DNA from: Chryseobacterium sp.
Lineage (GTDB): Bacteria > Bacteroidota > Bacteroidia > Flavobacteriales > Weeksellaceae
NCBI GenBank assembly: GCA_018260475.1
Contig: JAGLBA010000009.1
Coordinates: 8,741 to 72,740 of the forward strand
Length of the DNA: 64,000 bases
Direction: 5' to 3'
Shown: piece after piece, positions 1 to 8,470 of the stretch
Position numbering within the stretch: the stretch's first letter is position 1
Layout: each line of letters opens with the position of its first letter
Program-made: the position numbers and the translations under genes
The notes under the pieces: model-generated
Told to the model about the DNA's origin: nothing
The model's database searches: none
Seen by the model: the letters and a program-made list of their open reading frames with translations, nothing else

Positions 1-309
1 GCGCCTTACAACCACTCGAATATCGATTCGGACGAGGTGCTTTTCTACACGCAGGGCGACTTTATGAGCCGAAACCACATTGATCTAATGGACTTCACGC
101 TGCATCCGGGCGGCATCGTCCACGGGCCACACCCCGGCGCGATGGAAAGAAGCATCGGCAAAAAATTCACCGAAGAATACGCCGTGATGGTGGATCCTTT
201 CCGTCCCTTAAAAATCACCGAAGAAGCCCTAAAAGTGGAAGACACCGGCTATAAATATTCTTGGCTGGACGAGCCGGAAAATTTTGTGAAAGACAGGGTG
301 CAGGAGTAA
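1..309 (+). CDS. hmgA: homogentisate 1,2-dioxygenase, C-terminal fragment (5' end lies outside the window)
   Basis: Frame 1 is open from base 1 (APYNHSNIDSDEVLFYTQGDF...). The block HPGGIVHGPHPGAMERSIG resembles the HmgA C-terminus. Stop at 307-309. Confidence 0.65.
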   Translation, partial: APYNHSNIDSDEVLFYTQGDFMSRNHIDLMDFTLHPGGIVHGPHPGAMERSIGKKFTEEYAVMVDPFRPLKITEEALKVEDTGYKYSWLDEPENFVKDRVQE

Positions 310-385
310 TGCTTAAAATAACTTTGACAAGTCTCATTCCTCTACCCCACGAAAAGTAAATTAGAACGAAATAAAACCAACTCCC

Positions 386-1660
386 ATGATCAACTATGTA
401 TCCGCCGAAGAGGCTATTTCATTTATAAAATCTGGCGACCGCGTCTTTTCCCACGGTAGCGCTTGTACTCCCAATATTTTGATTGATGAAATGGCAAAAC
501 AGGCTTCGCGGCTAAAAAATGTAGAATTCATATCCATCACCCAGCAGGGCAATGTGGAAATTGCAAAACCTCAGTATAAGGATAGTTTTTTTATCAATTC
601 CCTATTCGTATCCACTCCAGTACGCGAGGCGGTGAACTCTGATCGTGGCGATTTCGTACCGATTTTTTTAAGTGAAATCCCTTTGCTTTTCAAAAAAGGG
701 CACCTGCCAATAGATGTTGCTATGGTCACAGTTTCGCCACCAGATAGGCACGGCTACTGCACCCTGGGCACCTCGGTGGATGTTGCACGCGCTGCGGTGG
801 ATACTGCTAAAACCATTCTCGCAGTGGTAAATCCAAATATGCCCCGCACTCACGGCCACGGCATGATTCACCACTCCTGTTTCACTAAAACAGTTTGGCA
901 TGATGAAGAATTACTTACCATAGATTACAGTGCGAAAGTAGGCGAAGAAGAGATGATGATTGGGCGAAATGTCGCTGAACTTATAGACGATGGCGCTACG
1001 CTGCAAATGGGTATCGGGACTATTCCGGATGCGGTTCTGCAATGCCTCGGGAACCACAAAAACCTCGGCGTACACACAGAAATGCTTTCCGACGGCGTGA
1101 TCGATTTGATTAAGAATGATGTGATCAATAATAAATTAAAGGGTTATAATGACAATGTAACCATCACGAGTTTCTGTTTCGGCACCAAGCGGCTTTATGA
1201 CTTTGTGGATGATAATCCATCCATCCATTTTAATGATGTGGAGCAGGTAAATTACCCGATTAATATTATGCGGAATAGAAAACTGCACGCCATCAATTCT
1301 GCGATAGAAATTGATTTAACAGGACAGGTTTGCGCAGATTCCATCGGGACTTATCAATTCAGCGGTATTGGTGGACAGATGGATTTCATGCGTGGAGCGG
1401 CGCTTTCCGAAGGCGGCAAACCGATTATGGCCATCTCTTCCCGAACAAAAAAAGGCGTTCCGCGTATCGTGCCATTCCTGAAACAGGGCGCCGGTGTAGT
1501 GACTACCCGCGGACACATCCATTATGTAGTGACCGAGTACGGATCTGCCAATCTATACGGCAAAAACCTGGAGCAGCGCGCAAAAGCACTCATCAAAATC
1601 TCCCATCCGGATGACCGGGAAATGCTTGAAAAAGCGGCTTTCGAGAGGTTTAATTCATAA
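386..1660 (+). CDS. acetyl-CoA hydrolase/transferase family protein (4-hydroxybutyrate / succinyl-CoA:acetate CoA-transferase-like)
   Basis: 424-aa ORF with ATG start. N-terminal SAEEAISFIKSGDRVF.HGSACTPN and C-terminal EIDLTGQVCADSIG...GIGGQMDFMRGA blocks are typical of this family. Confidence 0.85.
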   Translation: MINYVSAEEAISFIKSGDRVFSHGSACTPNILIDEMAKQASRLKNVEFISITQQGNVEIAKPQYKDSFFINSLFVSTPVREAVNSDRGDFVPIFLSEIPLLFKKGHLPIDVAMVTVSPPDRHGYCTLGTSVDVARAAVDTAKTILAVVNPNMPRTHGHGMIHHSCFTKTVWHDEELLTIDYSAKVGEEEMMIGRNVAELIDDGATLQMGIGTIPDAVLQCLGNHKNLGVHTEMLSDGVIDLIKNDVINNKLKGYNDNVTITSFCFGTKRLYDFVDDNPSIHFNDVEQVNYPINIMRNRKLHAINSAIEIDLTGQVCADSIGTYQFSGIGGQMDFMRGAALSEGGKPIMAISSRTKKGVPRIVPFLKQGAGVVTTRGHIHYVVTEYGSANLYGKNLEQRAKALIKISHPDDREMLEKAAFERFNS

Positions 1661-1681
1661 AAAACTGATTTTTTAAAACAA

Positions 1682-1715
1682 AAAAGTCAAAGTAATGCAT
1701 TACTTTGACTTTTTT
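1682..1715. terminator. bidirectional intrinsic terminator between convergent genes
   Basis: Perfect 32-nt palindrome aaaagtcaaagtaatg/cattactttgactttt, with an A-run on the left and a T-run on the right. Confidence 0.8.
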
Positions 1716-1730
1716 CATTTCTTGTGAAGC

Positions 1731-2936
1731 TTATTTCTTACGCTCAATCAGCGCCATATAGAATCCGTCGTAACCTTCGGAAGGCATAATACTTTCTTCT
1801 TTGATGAGGGAATATTCCGGATTGTTGCTCAGGAAGATTTTCACCTGTTCTGTGTTCTCCGAAGGCAAAACCGAGCAAGTCGCGTAGACCATTTTACCGC
1901 CTTTTTTTATAATTTTAGAATAATCTTGTAAAATCTGCTGCTGCTCGCCACGAATTCTGTCTATAAAATCCTGGTCTATTTTCCATTTAGAATCCGGGTT
2001 TCTTTTCAGCACCCCAAGGCCGGAGCATGGCGCATCTATCAGTAGGCGGTCGGCTTTTTCGTGGAGGCGCTTTATCACTTTCGTATCCTCTATCAGTCGG
2101 GTTTCTATGTTGTGTGCGCCCGCTCTTTTGGCGCGTCGGCGAAGTTCGGCGAGTTTCCATTCGTAGATGTCCAACGCGATAATCTGACCTTTATTTTTCA
2201 TCAGCGCGGCTAAATGCAAGGTTTTTCCGCCCGCTCCGGCGCAGGCATCCACCACGCGCATCCCTTCGTGCACATCCAGCAGCTCACCTATCCTTTGTGA
2301 AGACGCATCTTGCACCTCGAACAAACCGTCCTTAAAGGCCGAAGTCAGGAATACATTTTTCTTTTCCTCCAGCTGCACCGCATCCGGATATCTCGGGATC
2401 GGGTGGCTCACCACATTTTCATCACCAAGATCTGAGACCAATTCTTTCACCGTAGTTTTCAAGGTGTTCGCACGCAGAACCGTAGGCGCTTGCTCGTTCA
2501 GAGCCGTCATTTCTCGCTCCCATTTCGGACCGAGTTCCTTTTCCAAAGTCTCCGCCAACCATTCCGGTATCGAGTGCTCTATCGCCTTTGTCGGGATATA
2601 GCCTTTTTTTAGTTTGGTCAAAATATCTGCGATTTTTATCCCGTCGAATTCCTCAAATTTCTTGTAATGCGTCTTGCTCCAGAGGCAGTACGCCAAAATC
2701 AGTTTATAGATATTGTTGGGTTTCACGCCCTCGCCCATGTAATATTCCAGGCGTTTTTTCCATCGGATGATATTGTAGAAAATCTCCGAAACCACTTTTC
2801 TATCCTCGCTACCCCATTTTTTATTCGCTTTCAGCAGGCGTTCTATTACCTTATCGGCGTATTTCCTATCCTCGAAAAATGTTTCCTGTAGCGCGTCGTG
2901 TATTCCTATGAGGAGGTTTCTGTGTATAAGTTCCAT
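1731..2936 (-). CDS. rsmB: 16S rRNA (cytosine-C5)-methyltransferase, RsmB/Sun (NOL1/NOP2) family
   Basis: SAM-binding VVDACAGAGGKT and catalytic DAPCSGLGVLKRNPD motifs, with a NusB-like N-terminal domain. The ORF-track TTG start (2981) lies inside a TAnnTTTG -7 box, so the start is placed at ATG 2936 (MELIHRNLL...). Confidence 0.85.
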   Translation of the reverse strand: MELIHRNLLIGIHDALQETFFEDRKYADKVIERLLKANKKWGSEDRKVVSEIFYNIIRWKKRLEYYMGEGVKPNNIYKLILAYCLWSKTHYKKFEEFDGIKIADILTKLKKGYIPTKAIEHSIPEWLAETLEKELGPKWEREMTALNEQAPTVLRANTLKTTVKELVSDLGDENVVSHPIPRYPDAVQLEEKKNVFLTSAFKDGLFEVQDASSQRIGELLDVHEGMRVVDACAGAGGKTLHLAALMKNKGQIIALDIYEWKLAELRRRAKRAGAHNIETRLIEDTKVIKRLHEKADRLLIDAPCSGLGVLKRNPDSKWKIDQDFIDRIRGEQQQILQDYSKIIKKGGKMVYATCSVLPSENTEQVKIFLSNNPEYSLIKEESIMPSEGYDGFYMALIERKK

Positions 2937-2978
2937 ATCAATTTTGGTTGGTTCCGCGGCAGCGAAAACAGATTTTTG

Positions 2979-2986
2979 CAAAAATA
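2979..2986 (-). promoter_or_regulatory. Bacteroidota-type -7 promoter box (TATTTTTG) for rsmB
   Basis: Exact TAnnTTTG on the minus strand, about 40 nt upstream of ATG 2936. No clear -33 TTG. Confidence 0.4.
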
Positions 2987-3024
2987 GGCAATTTATAATT
3001 TACTTTTTGTGGTGCAAATAATTT

Positions 3025-3122
3025 GGGCGCCTATTTCCGTCCTCCGTTCCCGCTGTTTTGTTCGTCGTTCCTCCTCACAAAACGAGCTCCACTCAGGCCG
3101 GGGCGCACGAGATTCATCGCCC
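3025..3122 (-). repeat. GC-rich intergenic repeat, copy 1 (minus orientation)
   Basis: A sharp GC-rich island in an AT-rich spacer. The reverse complement reads ...CGACGAACAAAACAGCGGGAACGGAGGACGGAAATAGGCGCCCAAA. This parallels copy 3 (...CGACGAAAT...ACAGCGGATAGCCCGAAATGCCGCCCAAA) and, loosely, the end of copy 2. Confidence 0.5.
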
Positions 3123-3526
3123 TAAAGTTCAAAGTTCAGGAGTTAAGGTTCAAGGGTGTGCTTATCGGTTAATTTATTACTATGGGAAATATTTTTATGT
3201 CATTAAACATTTTTTTCTCAGCTTTGCCATTGCTCTTACTGGAAATGTCCCCACTCCCTAAGATTTGGATGGTATTGCACTAAAAGTAAAACCTTCTTTG
3301 GTGAACAAATAAAGGTTGCAAAGATGGTAAAGTACATTTCAAAATCAAATTTTACTCTTTTGTCCCTATTTCTCTGTTTTGCAAGTTACAAAGACACGGT
3401 AACGAGGCGTAGTTTGGCAAAGTTTATTTCGAAAACCTTCTCCTGTCGGATGAGAAGATTTGCAATCCGTACCTGTACCATTTTGTTAAAACCATATGTA
3501 CAAATAATTGTTTAGCAGTGGAATAT

Positions 3527-3645
3527 CACGCACGCCGCGTGAGGGATGGTAAGGGTGCGACCGAAGGGAGCAGTGCAAAGCACCGGAGCGAAGCGGAGCC
3601 CTGAACAGCCCGACCCGACGAGAGAGCGGAGGAAGGGACACGCCC
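3527..3645 (+). repeat. GC-rich intergenic repeat, copy 2
   Basis: A GC-rich island that shares the 13-mer CGACCGAAGGGAG (3558-3570) with 6291-6303. It carries a GGAGCGAAGCGGAG motif related to the GAGCRAAG motifs at 6394-6461. It ends ...CGACGAGAGAGCGGAGGAAGGGACACGCCCAAA, inverted relative to copy 1. Confidence 0.5.
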
Positions 3646-3781
3646 AAACAAATAAAACCGTTGAACGGTTATCTTTCAAAAAGATTTTTTGATTCCAGAA
3701 AAATTTTCTCGCATTTTCGCGATGTCTTAATTCTAAAACAAGTCCTAAATAATCACCATATCTCTATTTTTGGCAAATCCG

Positions 3782-3789
3782 TATCTTTG
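3782..3789 (+). promoter_or_regulatory. -7 promoter box (TATCTTTG) for phnA
   Basis: Exact TAnnTTTG, 17 nt upstream of ATG 3806. Confidence 0.4.
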
Positions 3790-3805
3790 CGCAAAGAAAA
3801 ATATT

Positions 3806-4138
3806 ATGAGCGACACTTTTATTTGCCCAAAATGCGGTTCCGAATTCACCTACGAGCAAGATAATCTGCAAGTTTGCTCCCAATGCTTCTATGAGTGGGA
3901 CCCGAACGAAGCCAGAACCGAAGACCAAATCCTGGATGCGAACGGGAATGTGCTACAAAACGGCGACAGCGTGGTGGTGGTGAAAGACCTCCCCGTGAAA
4001 GGCGCACCAAAACCTGTGAAAGCTGGAACGAAAGTGAAAAATATTCGCCTAAGACCTGACAGCGACCACAATATTGATTGCAAAATCGACGGATTCGGGT
4101 CTATGGCTCTCAAATCTGAGTTTGTGAAAAAGGCGTAA
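3806..4138 (+). CDS. phnA: PhnA zinc-ribbon protein
   Basis: [20 protein letters not shown]...CSQC zinc ribbon plus C-terminal GTKVKNIRL...[23 protein letters not shown], which closely matches the PhnA family. Start moved from the ORF-track 3770 to ATG 3806. Confidence 0.9.
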   Translation: MSDTFICPKCGSEFTYEQDNLQVCSQCFYEWDPNEARTEDQILDANGNVLQNGDSVVVVKDLPVKGAPKPVKAGTKVKNIRLRPDSDHNIDCKIDGFGSMALKSEFVKKA

Positions 4139-4225
4139 CCGACACCGCCTCACCATCAGCCGTTCATTCTTTGGGTGGTTTTTTTATTCCCGGAATATGC
4201 AGCGGCACACTCTTGTATTATTTCG

Positions 4226-4233
4226 TATTTTTG
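4226..4233 (+). promoter_or_regulatory. -7 promoter box (TATTTTTG) for the ABC-F gene
   Basis: Exact TAnnTTTG, 37 nt upstream of ATG 4270. Confidence 0.35.
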
Positions 4234-4269
4234 CACTCTATTAGCACTTATCATCTATCTATCATACTT

Positions 4270-6171
4270 ATGAACTACATCACCGCAGAAAATCTTACAA
4301 AATCTTTCGGAATCCGCACCCTCTTTGAGGATATTAGTTTTAATGTTAACGAAGGCGACAAGATCGCGATTGTTGCGAAAAACGGCTCAGGGAAATCTAC
4401 GCTTTTAAAGATTTTGATGGGTCAGGAAACTATGGATTCCGGCACAGTGGTCATTAATAAAGATATTCAGGTGGTATTGTTCGATCAGGAAATAGATTTC
4501 GAGGGCGAGCAGAGCGTAGAGGAATTTATGATGAGTTTGGAATCCGCTCCTATTGTGGCTTTGAAAAACTACCACCACGCCCTCGTTTCCGGCGATCCTG
4601 ACGATATGGATTCCGCACTTGCCGGCATGGAGCAGCACAAGGCTTGGGATTTGGAAAACGAGATGGCACAAATCCTCTCCCAACTCAAAATCACAGATCT
4701 CTCGGCTAAAATGAAAAACCTTTCCGGTGGGCAGATTAAGCGTGTGGCGCTTGCAAAACTCCTCACGGAAACCCGCGCCGAACACAAGCACACGCTCCTG
4801 ATCATGGACGAGCCCACCAACCACTTGGATGTGGATATGGTGGAATGGCTGGAACAATACCTCTCCAAAGCGCGAATCACGCTGCTTTTGGTAACCCACG
4901 ACCGCTATTTTTTGGATGCCGTATGCGATATGATTTGGGAAATTGAGGACCAGAAACTTTATATTCACAAAGGTGCCTACGCACAATATCTGGAAAACCG
5001 AGCCATTCGCGAGGACAACCTAAACGCGACCATCGACAAAGCGCAAAACCTCTACCGAAGAGAATTGGAATGGATGCGCCGCCAACCGAAAGCGCGAACC
5101 ACAAAATCCAAATCTAGAATTGATGACTTCTATGATACCGAAAAAACGGCAAAACAAGATACCTCCAGCCAGTCTTTGGAACTCGATTTTGAGATGAAGC
5201 GGATGGGAAATAAGATTTTGGAACTGAAACATATTTACAAAAGTTTCGGGGATAAACTATTGCTAAAGGATTTCTCCTACCAATTCCAGCGTGGTGAAAA
5301 AGTGGGGATTGTCGGGAAAAATGGCGCCGGAAAATCGACTTTGCTGAACATCATCCAAGGATTGGAAAAATACGACAGTGGCGAGATAGAAACCGGGGAA
5401 ACGATAAAATTCGGCTATTTCTCCCAAAAAGGTTTGAAATATAAGGAAGACCAGCGCGTCATAGATTTTATAAAGGATATTTCCGAAAACTTCCCGCTCT
5501 CGAACGGCAGAACTATGACGGCATCTCAGTTTTTGCGCTTGTTTTTGTTTGATGACCAAACGCAATACTCGCCAATTTCCAAACTTTCCGGCGGGGAGAA
5601 ACGAAGACTGCACCTAATGTATGTCCTTTACCAAAATCCAAATTTTTTAATCTTCGATGAGCCTACAAATGATTTGGATCTCCCTACCCTCACGGTTTTG
5701 GAGAACTTCCTGACGCAGTTTCAAGGCTGCCTGATTATCGTTTCCCACGACCGCTACTTCATGGACAGAATTGTTGGCCATATCCTGGCTTTCGAGGGTG
5801 AAGGCAAGGTGAAGGAGTTTGTGGGAACCTTCACGGAATACCGCGAGAAAAAAGAGAAAACTTCCGACCAGACCACACCGAAAAAGACTGAAGCAAAGGA
5901 AGTTCCCGCTCCGAAATCTGAGGCAAAAGTGGAAAAGCCGATGGCAAAAACCGCACCGACTGGAACGCGGAAATTATCTTTCAAGGAAAAAACGGAACTG
6001 GAAAAAATAGAGAAAGAAATGCCTGAGCTGGAGGAGAAACGCTCCAAAATTTTGGTAAAGCTGGGCGCAGAAACGGATTACGATAAAATTGCTACCCTCT
6101 CTGCCGAATTGGAGTCCATCTCCAACACTATGGACGCGTATGAAATGCGCTGGCTGGAACTTCAATCGTAG
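4270..6171 (+). CDS. ABC-F family ATPase (Uup/EttA-like; two ABC cassettes, no transmembrane domain)
   Basis: Two Walker A motifs (KNGSGKST, KNGAGKST), two signature motifs (LSGGQ, LSGGE) and a K/E-rich C-terminal coiled coil. The first 33 codons of the ORF-track model look non-coding, so the start is set at ATG 4270 (MNYITAENL). Confidence 0.9.
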   Translation: MNYITAENLTKSFGIRTLFEDISFNVNEGDKIAIVAKNGSGKSTLLKILMGQETMDSGTVVINKDIQVVLFDQEIDFEGEQSVEEFMMSLESAPIVALKNYHHALVSGDPDDMDSALAGMEQHKAWDLENEMAQILSQLKITDLSAKMKNLSGGQIKRVALAKLLTETRAEHKHTLLIMDEPTNHLDVDMVEWLEQYLSKARITLLLVTHDRYFLDAVCDMIWEIEDQKLYIHKGAYAQYLENRAIREDNLNATIDKAQNLYRRELEWMRRQPKARTTKSKSRIDDFYDTEKTAKQDTSSQSLELDFEMKRMGNKILELKHIYKSFGDKLLLKDFSYQFQRGEKVGIVGKNGAGKSTLLNIIQGLEKYDSGEIETGETIKFGYFSQKGLKYKEDQRVIDFIKDISENFPLSNGRTMTASQFLRLFLFDDQTQYSPISKLSGGEKRRLHLMYVLYQNPNFLIFDEPTNDLDLPTLTVLENFLTQFQGCLIIVSHDRYFMDRIVGHILAFEGEGKVKEFVGTFTEYREKKEKTSDQTTPKKTEAKEVPAPKSEAKVEKPMAKTAPTGTRKLSFKEKTELEKIEKEMPELEEKRSKILVKLGAETDYDKIATLSAELESISNTMDAYEMRWLELQS

Positions 6172-6227
6172 TTAATTTGTGATTGTAGGGAGATGGAAGC
6201 GTGAAGTTGAGGCTTAAGATAGGAAGT

Positions 6228-6371
6228 GTGGCGGCGAATCGCGCGCGGCCGGGATAGAAGCGGCATCCTTTTTTGGGTACGGGGCGGCGCCGACCGAAGG
6301 GAGGCGACGAAATGTACCCAAAAAAGATACAGCGGATAGCCCGAAATGCCGCCCAAAAAAAAAATGGGCGG
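6228..6371 (+). repeat. GC-rich intergenic repeat, copy 3, with two hairpins
   Basis: A 13-bp stem, cttttttgggtac (6268-6280) / gtacccaaaaaag (6314-6326), encloses a 33-nt GC-rich loop that holds CGACCGAAGGGAG (6291-6303). A second hairpin is ccgccca (6349-6355) / tgggcgg (6365-6371) with an A9 loop. Confidence 0.55.
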
Positions 6372-6393
6372 TTGATAGTAGTTGGTTGTTGGG

Positions 6394-6461
6394 CTCCCTC
6401 GGCTTTGCTCAGGATGACATCGGGAATGGATGTGTGTAATGCGACTTCGCTCGGAATGTCC
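6394..6461 (-). repeat. two copies of a CATYCYGAGCRAAGYCG-type short GC-rich motif
   Basis: The minus strand reads GTCATCCTGAGCAAAGCCGAGGGAG (6418-6394) and GGACATTCCGAGCGAAGTCGC (6461-6441). A related GGAGCGAAGCGGAG occurs at 3585-3598. Confidence 0.45.
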
Positions 6462-6517
6462 TTGTAGGGGATGGGTCTGGGATGGTATCGATTATAATGT
6501 GATTTTTAATTGTCTAA

Positions 6518-7534
6518 ATGAAAAGAAAGGTACTGATAATCTATACCGGCGGGACGATCGGCATGGAGAAAGATTACGAAACGGGGAGCCTGAGAGCGTT
6601 CAATTTTAATAAGATTTTTAGCAAAATTCCGGAGATGAACTTGCTGGAGTGCGAGGTTTCGGTGGAGGCGTTTGCCGATCCGCTGGATTCCTCGGATATG
6701 GGACCTAATGAATGGAAGATGATCTGCCAGATTATTGAAAAAAATTATTCGGCCTTCGATGGGTTTCTGATTTTGCATGGTACGGATACGATGTCCTACA
6801 CGGCTTCGGCGCTGAGTTTTATGCTGAAAAACCTTCGAAAACCGGTTGTGCTGACGGGTTCCCAATTGCCGGTGGGCGACCTGCGGACGGATGCGAAGGA
6901 AAACCTTTTGACGAGCCTCTACTACGCGTCTTTCTACGAAAATGACGAGGCTGTGATCCAGGAAGTGGCCATCTATTTTGAGTATAAACTCCTAAGAGGT
7001 AACCGTACGCTGAAGTATTCTGCGGAGTATTTCGATGCCTACCAAAGTCCGAACTACCCTCTTTTGGGGCAGTCGGGCGTGCACCTGAATGTGGATAAGG
7101 ATAGTTTGTACCGTCCTGGAAACAATCCTTTCTCTATTGATACTCACCTTTGTGACAGCGTATTTTTCTGGAGAATTTTTCCGGGTATAAATTTGGATTT
7201 TTTATCGGCCTTGCCTAAAATGAAAGTGCTGATTTTGCAAGTCTTCGGAAGCGGTACGATTTTCAGCGACCAGAAAACGGAGGATGTGCTTTCTGCCATT
7301 AAAAAATCGGGGACGGAAATTGTGGTAGTGAGCCAGTGCGTTTCGGGTGGCATCAGTTTCGGGAAGTATGAAAACAGCAATATTTTTGGGCGCATCGGAG
7401 CCATTAGCGGTCGGGATATGACGGCGGAAAGTGCCATAACCAAGGCGATGCACCTCTCGGGAAATCCTGCATTGGAGGGATCTTTCGTGGAACTTTTTGA
7501 GAAAAACATCTGCGGGGAAATTTCTCCCCGATAA
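6518..7534 (+). CDS. ansA: type I (cytoplasmic) L-asparaginase
   Basis: N-terminal IIYTGGTIGM threonine motif and HGTDTMSYTASAL block; 338 aa. Confidence 0.9.
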   Translation: MKRKVLIIYTGGTIGMEKDYETGSLRAFNFNKIFSKIPEMNLLECEVSVEAFADPLDSSDMGPNEWKMICQIIEKNYSAFDGFLILHGTDTMSYTASALSFMLKNLRKPVVLTGSQLPVGDLRTDAKENLLTSLYYASFYENDEAVIQEVAIYFEYKLLRGNRTLKYSAEYFDAYQSPNYPLLGQSGVHLNVDKDSLYRPGNNPFSIDTHLCDSVFFWRIFPGINLDFLSALPKMKVLILQVFGSGTIFSDQKTEDVLSAIKKSGTEIVVVSQCVSGGISFGKYENSNIFGRIGAISGRDMTAESAITKAMHLSGNPALEGSFVELFEKNICGEISPR

Positions 7535-7560
7535 AAATACGGATGTATATAAAAATTTTG

Positions 7561-7568
7561 TATATTTG
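7561..7568 (+). promoter_or_regulatory. -7 promoter box (TATATTTG) for tRNA-Ser
   Basis: Exact TAnnTTTG, 12 nt upstream of the tRNA 5' end. Confidence 0.45.
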
Positions 7569-7580
7569 CAGTCTTCAATT

Positions 7581-7667
7581 AGAGAGGTGTCCGAGTGGTT
7601 GAAGGAGCTACCCTGGAAAGGTAGTATACGGGTAACTGTATCGAGGGTTCGAATCCCTTCCTCTCTG
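7581..7667 (+). tRNA. tRNA-Ser (anticodon GGA)
   Basis: Hand-folded. Acceptor stem AGAGAGG/CCTCTCT with discriminator G. Anticodon stem CTACC/GGTAG with loop CTGGAAA. Long variable arm, T-arm GAGGG-TTCGAAT-CCCTT. CCA is not encoded. Confidence 0.9.
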
Positions 7668-7714
7668 CATTAAGTGCTGGTAATCAATATATTACAGCAC
7701 TTACACTTAAGACC

Positions 7715-7745
7715 ACACCCACTTTTCAGCGGGTGTTTTTTTTTA
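7715..7745 (+). terminator. intrinsic terminator after tRNA-Ser
   Basis: Stem ACACCC/GGGTGT with a 10-nt loop, followed by a T9 run. An additional hairpin aagtgctg/cagcactt lies at 7672-7702. Confidence 0.7.
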
Positions 7746-7868
7746 TCAATATATCTAGTCAGCACTTACCAGCTGCCTATCTTTAGTTTTTCAATATTTT
7801 GAGTGGAATAATCTTTTCAAAACAGATTCCCAACTTGAATCATTTGAAATATAATGATACTTAAAATT

Positions 7869-8263
7869 TCACAAATGGAAGCTTTCCATTTGTTCATCTT
7901 TCCTTTGAAATTGAATGTTACTACTGCTAGTAAAATAAAGCTGGCCTCTCAAAGCATTTGCGGGATCTGCAGAAAATTGTAGAAGCCCACAAAAATACTG
8001 GTAATACAAATTTTCCGTCCATTGCTCTACCACACTTCATCAGCAGCATTACGGAGATGTTTTAAAATTAACAATCCCACCATTAACCGTATGGGCTTTG
8101 CGGGACAGCCATTATCCGCGCAATATAGTGGCGCAAAAGCATCCTCAAATAGTTGCCAATCAATACGGCCTGCTTAAAATAAACAATGTATGACTTTGGT
8201 TGATCGTATCTTCAAGATAGAACAAAAAATCTGCCTGGGAGACGATTTTTGTTTGGAAATCAT
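7869..8263 (-). pseudogene. IS5/IS1182-type transposase, N-terminal (DUF772-like) fragment, multiply frameshifted and truncated
   Basis: Minus-strand translation in three different frames gives M.SKQK.., LEDTINQSHTLFIL, GRIDWQLFEDAFAPLYCADNGCPAKPIRLMVGLLILKHLRNAADE and VVEQWTENLYYQYFCG. This is the characteristic N-terminal transposase domain. No DDE catalytic part follows, and no ORF of 60 aa or more lies in 7579-8346. Confidence 0.7.
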
Positions 8264-8470
8264 AACTAAAATAGACAAGGTTTATACCATAAAATTCACA
8301 AACTGGCAGAAATACACGAGCAATGTAAAATATAAATAACTATCAATCAGCTAAATTGAGTGGCTTTTAACGGCTGACTAGTTGTATTCGTTTTTTTTTG
8401 GGGAAGAGTAGACCGCCGTGCTCTAATTACACTTGTTTTCGTTAATTTTACATAAATAAAAAACCATCTT

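Noticed and set aside
3541-3600. RNase P RNA-like words (GGTAAGGGTG..., CAGTGCAA...) in the GC-rich island
   Set aside because: The universally conserved P4 sequence (GAGGAAAGTCC) and other core blocks are absent on both strands of the 2982-3805 spacer. The same words also recur in the repeat at 6228-6356. I therefore treat the island as a repeat, not as rnpB.
3058-3864. Three 63-67-aa ORFs (3058-3261, 3324-3515, 3661-3864) in the rsmB-phnA spacer
   Set aside because: There are no motifs, the composition is odd, and the ORFs start in or run through the GC-rich repeats or the phnA promoter. The last one overlaps the true phnA start in another frame.
6162-6467. Two overlapping 64-aa ORFs on opposite strands in the ansA upstream spacer
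   Set aside because: Both are created by the GC-rich repeat and hairpin sequences (Arg/Gly/Pro-rich translations). There is no supporting start context.
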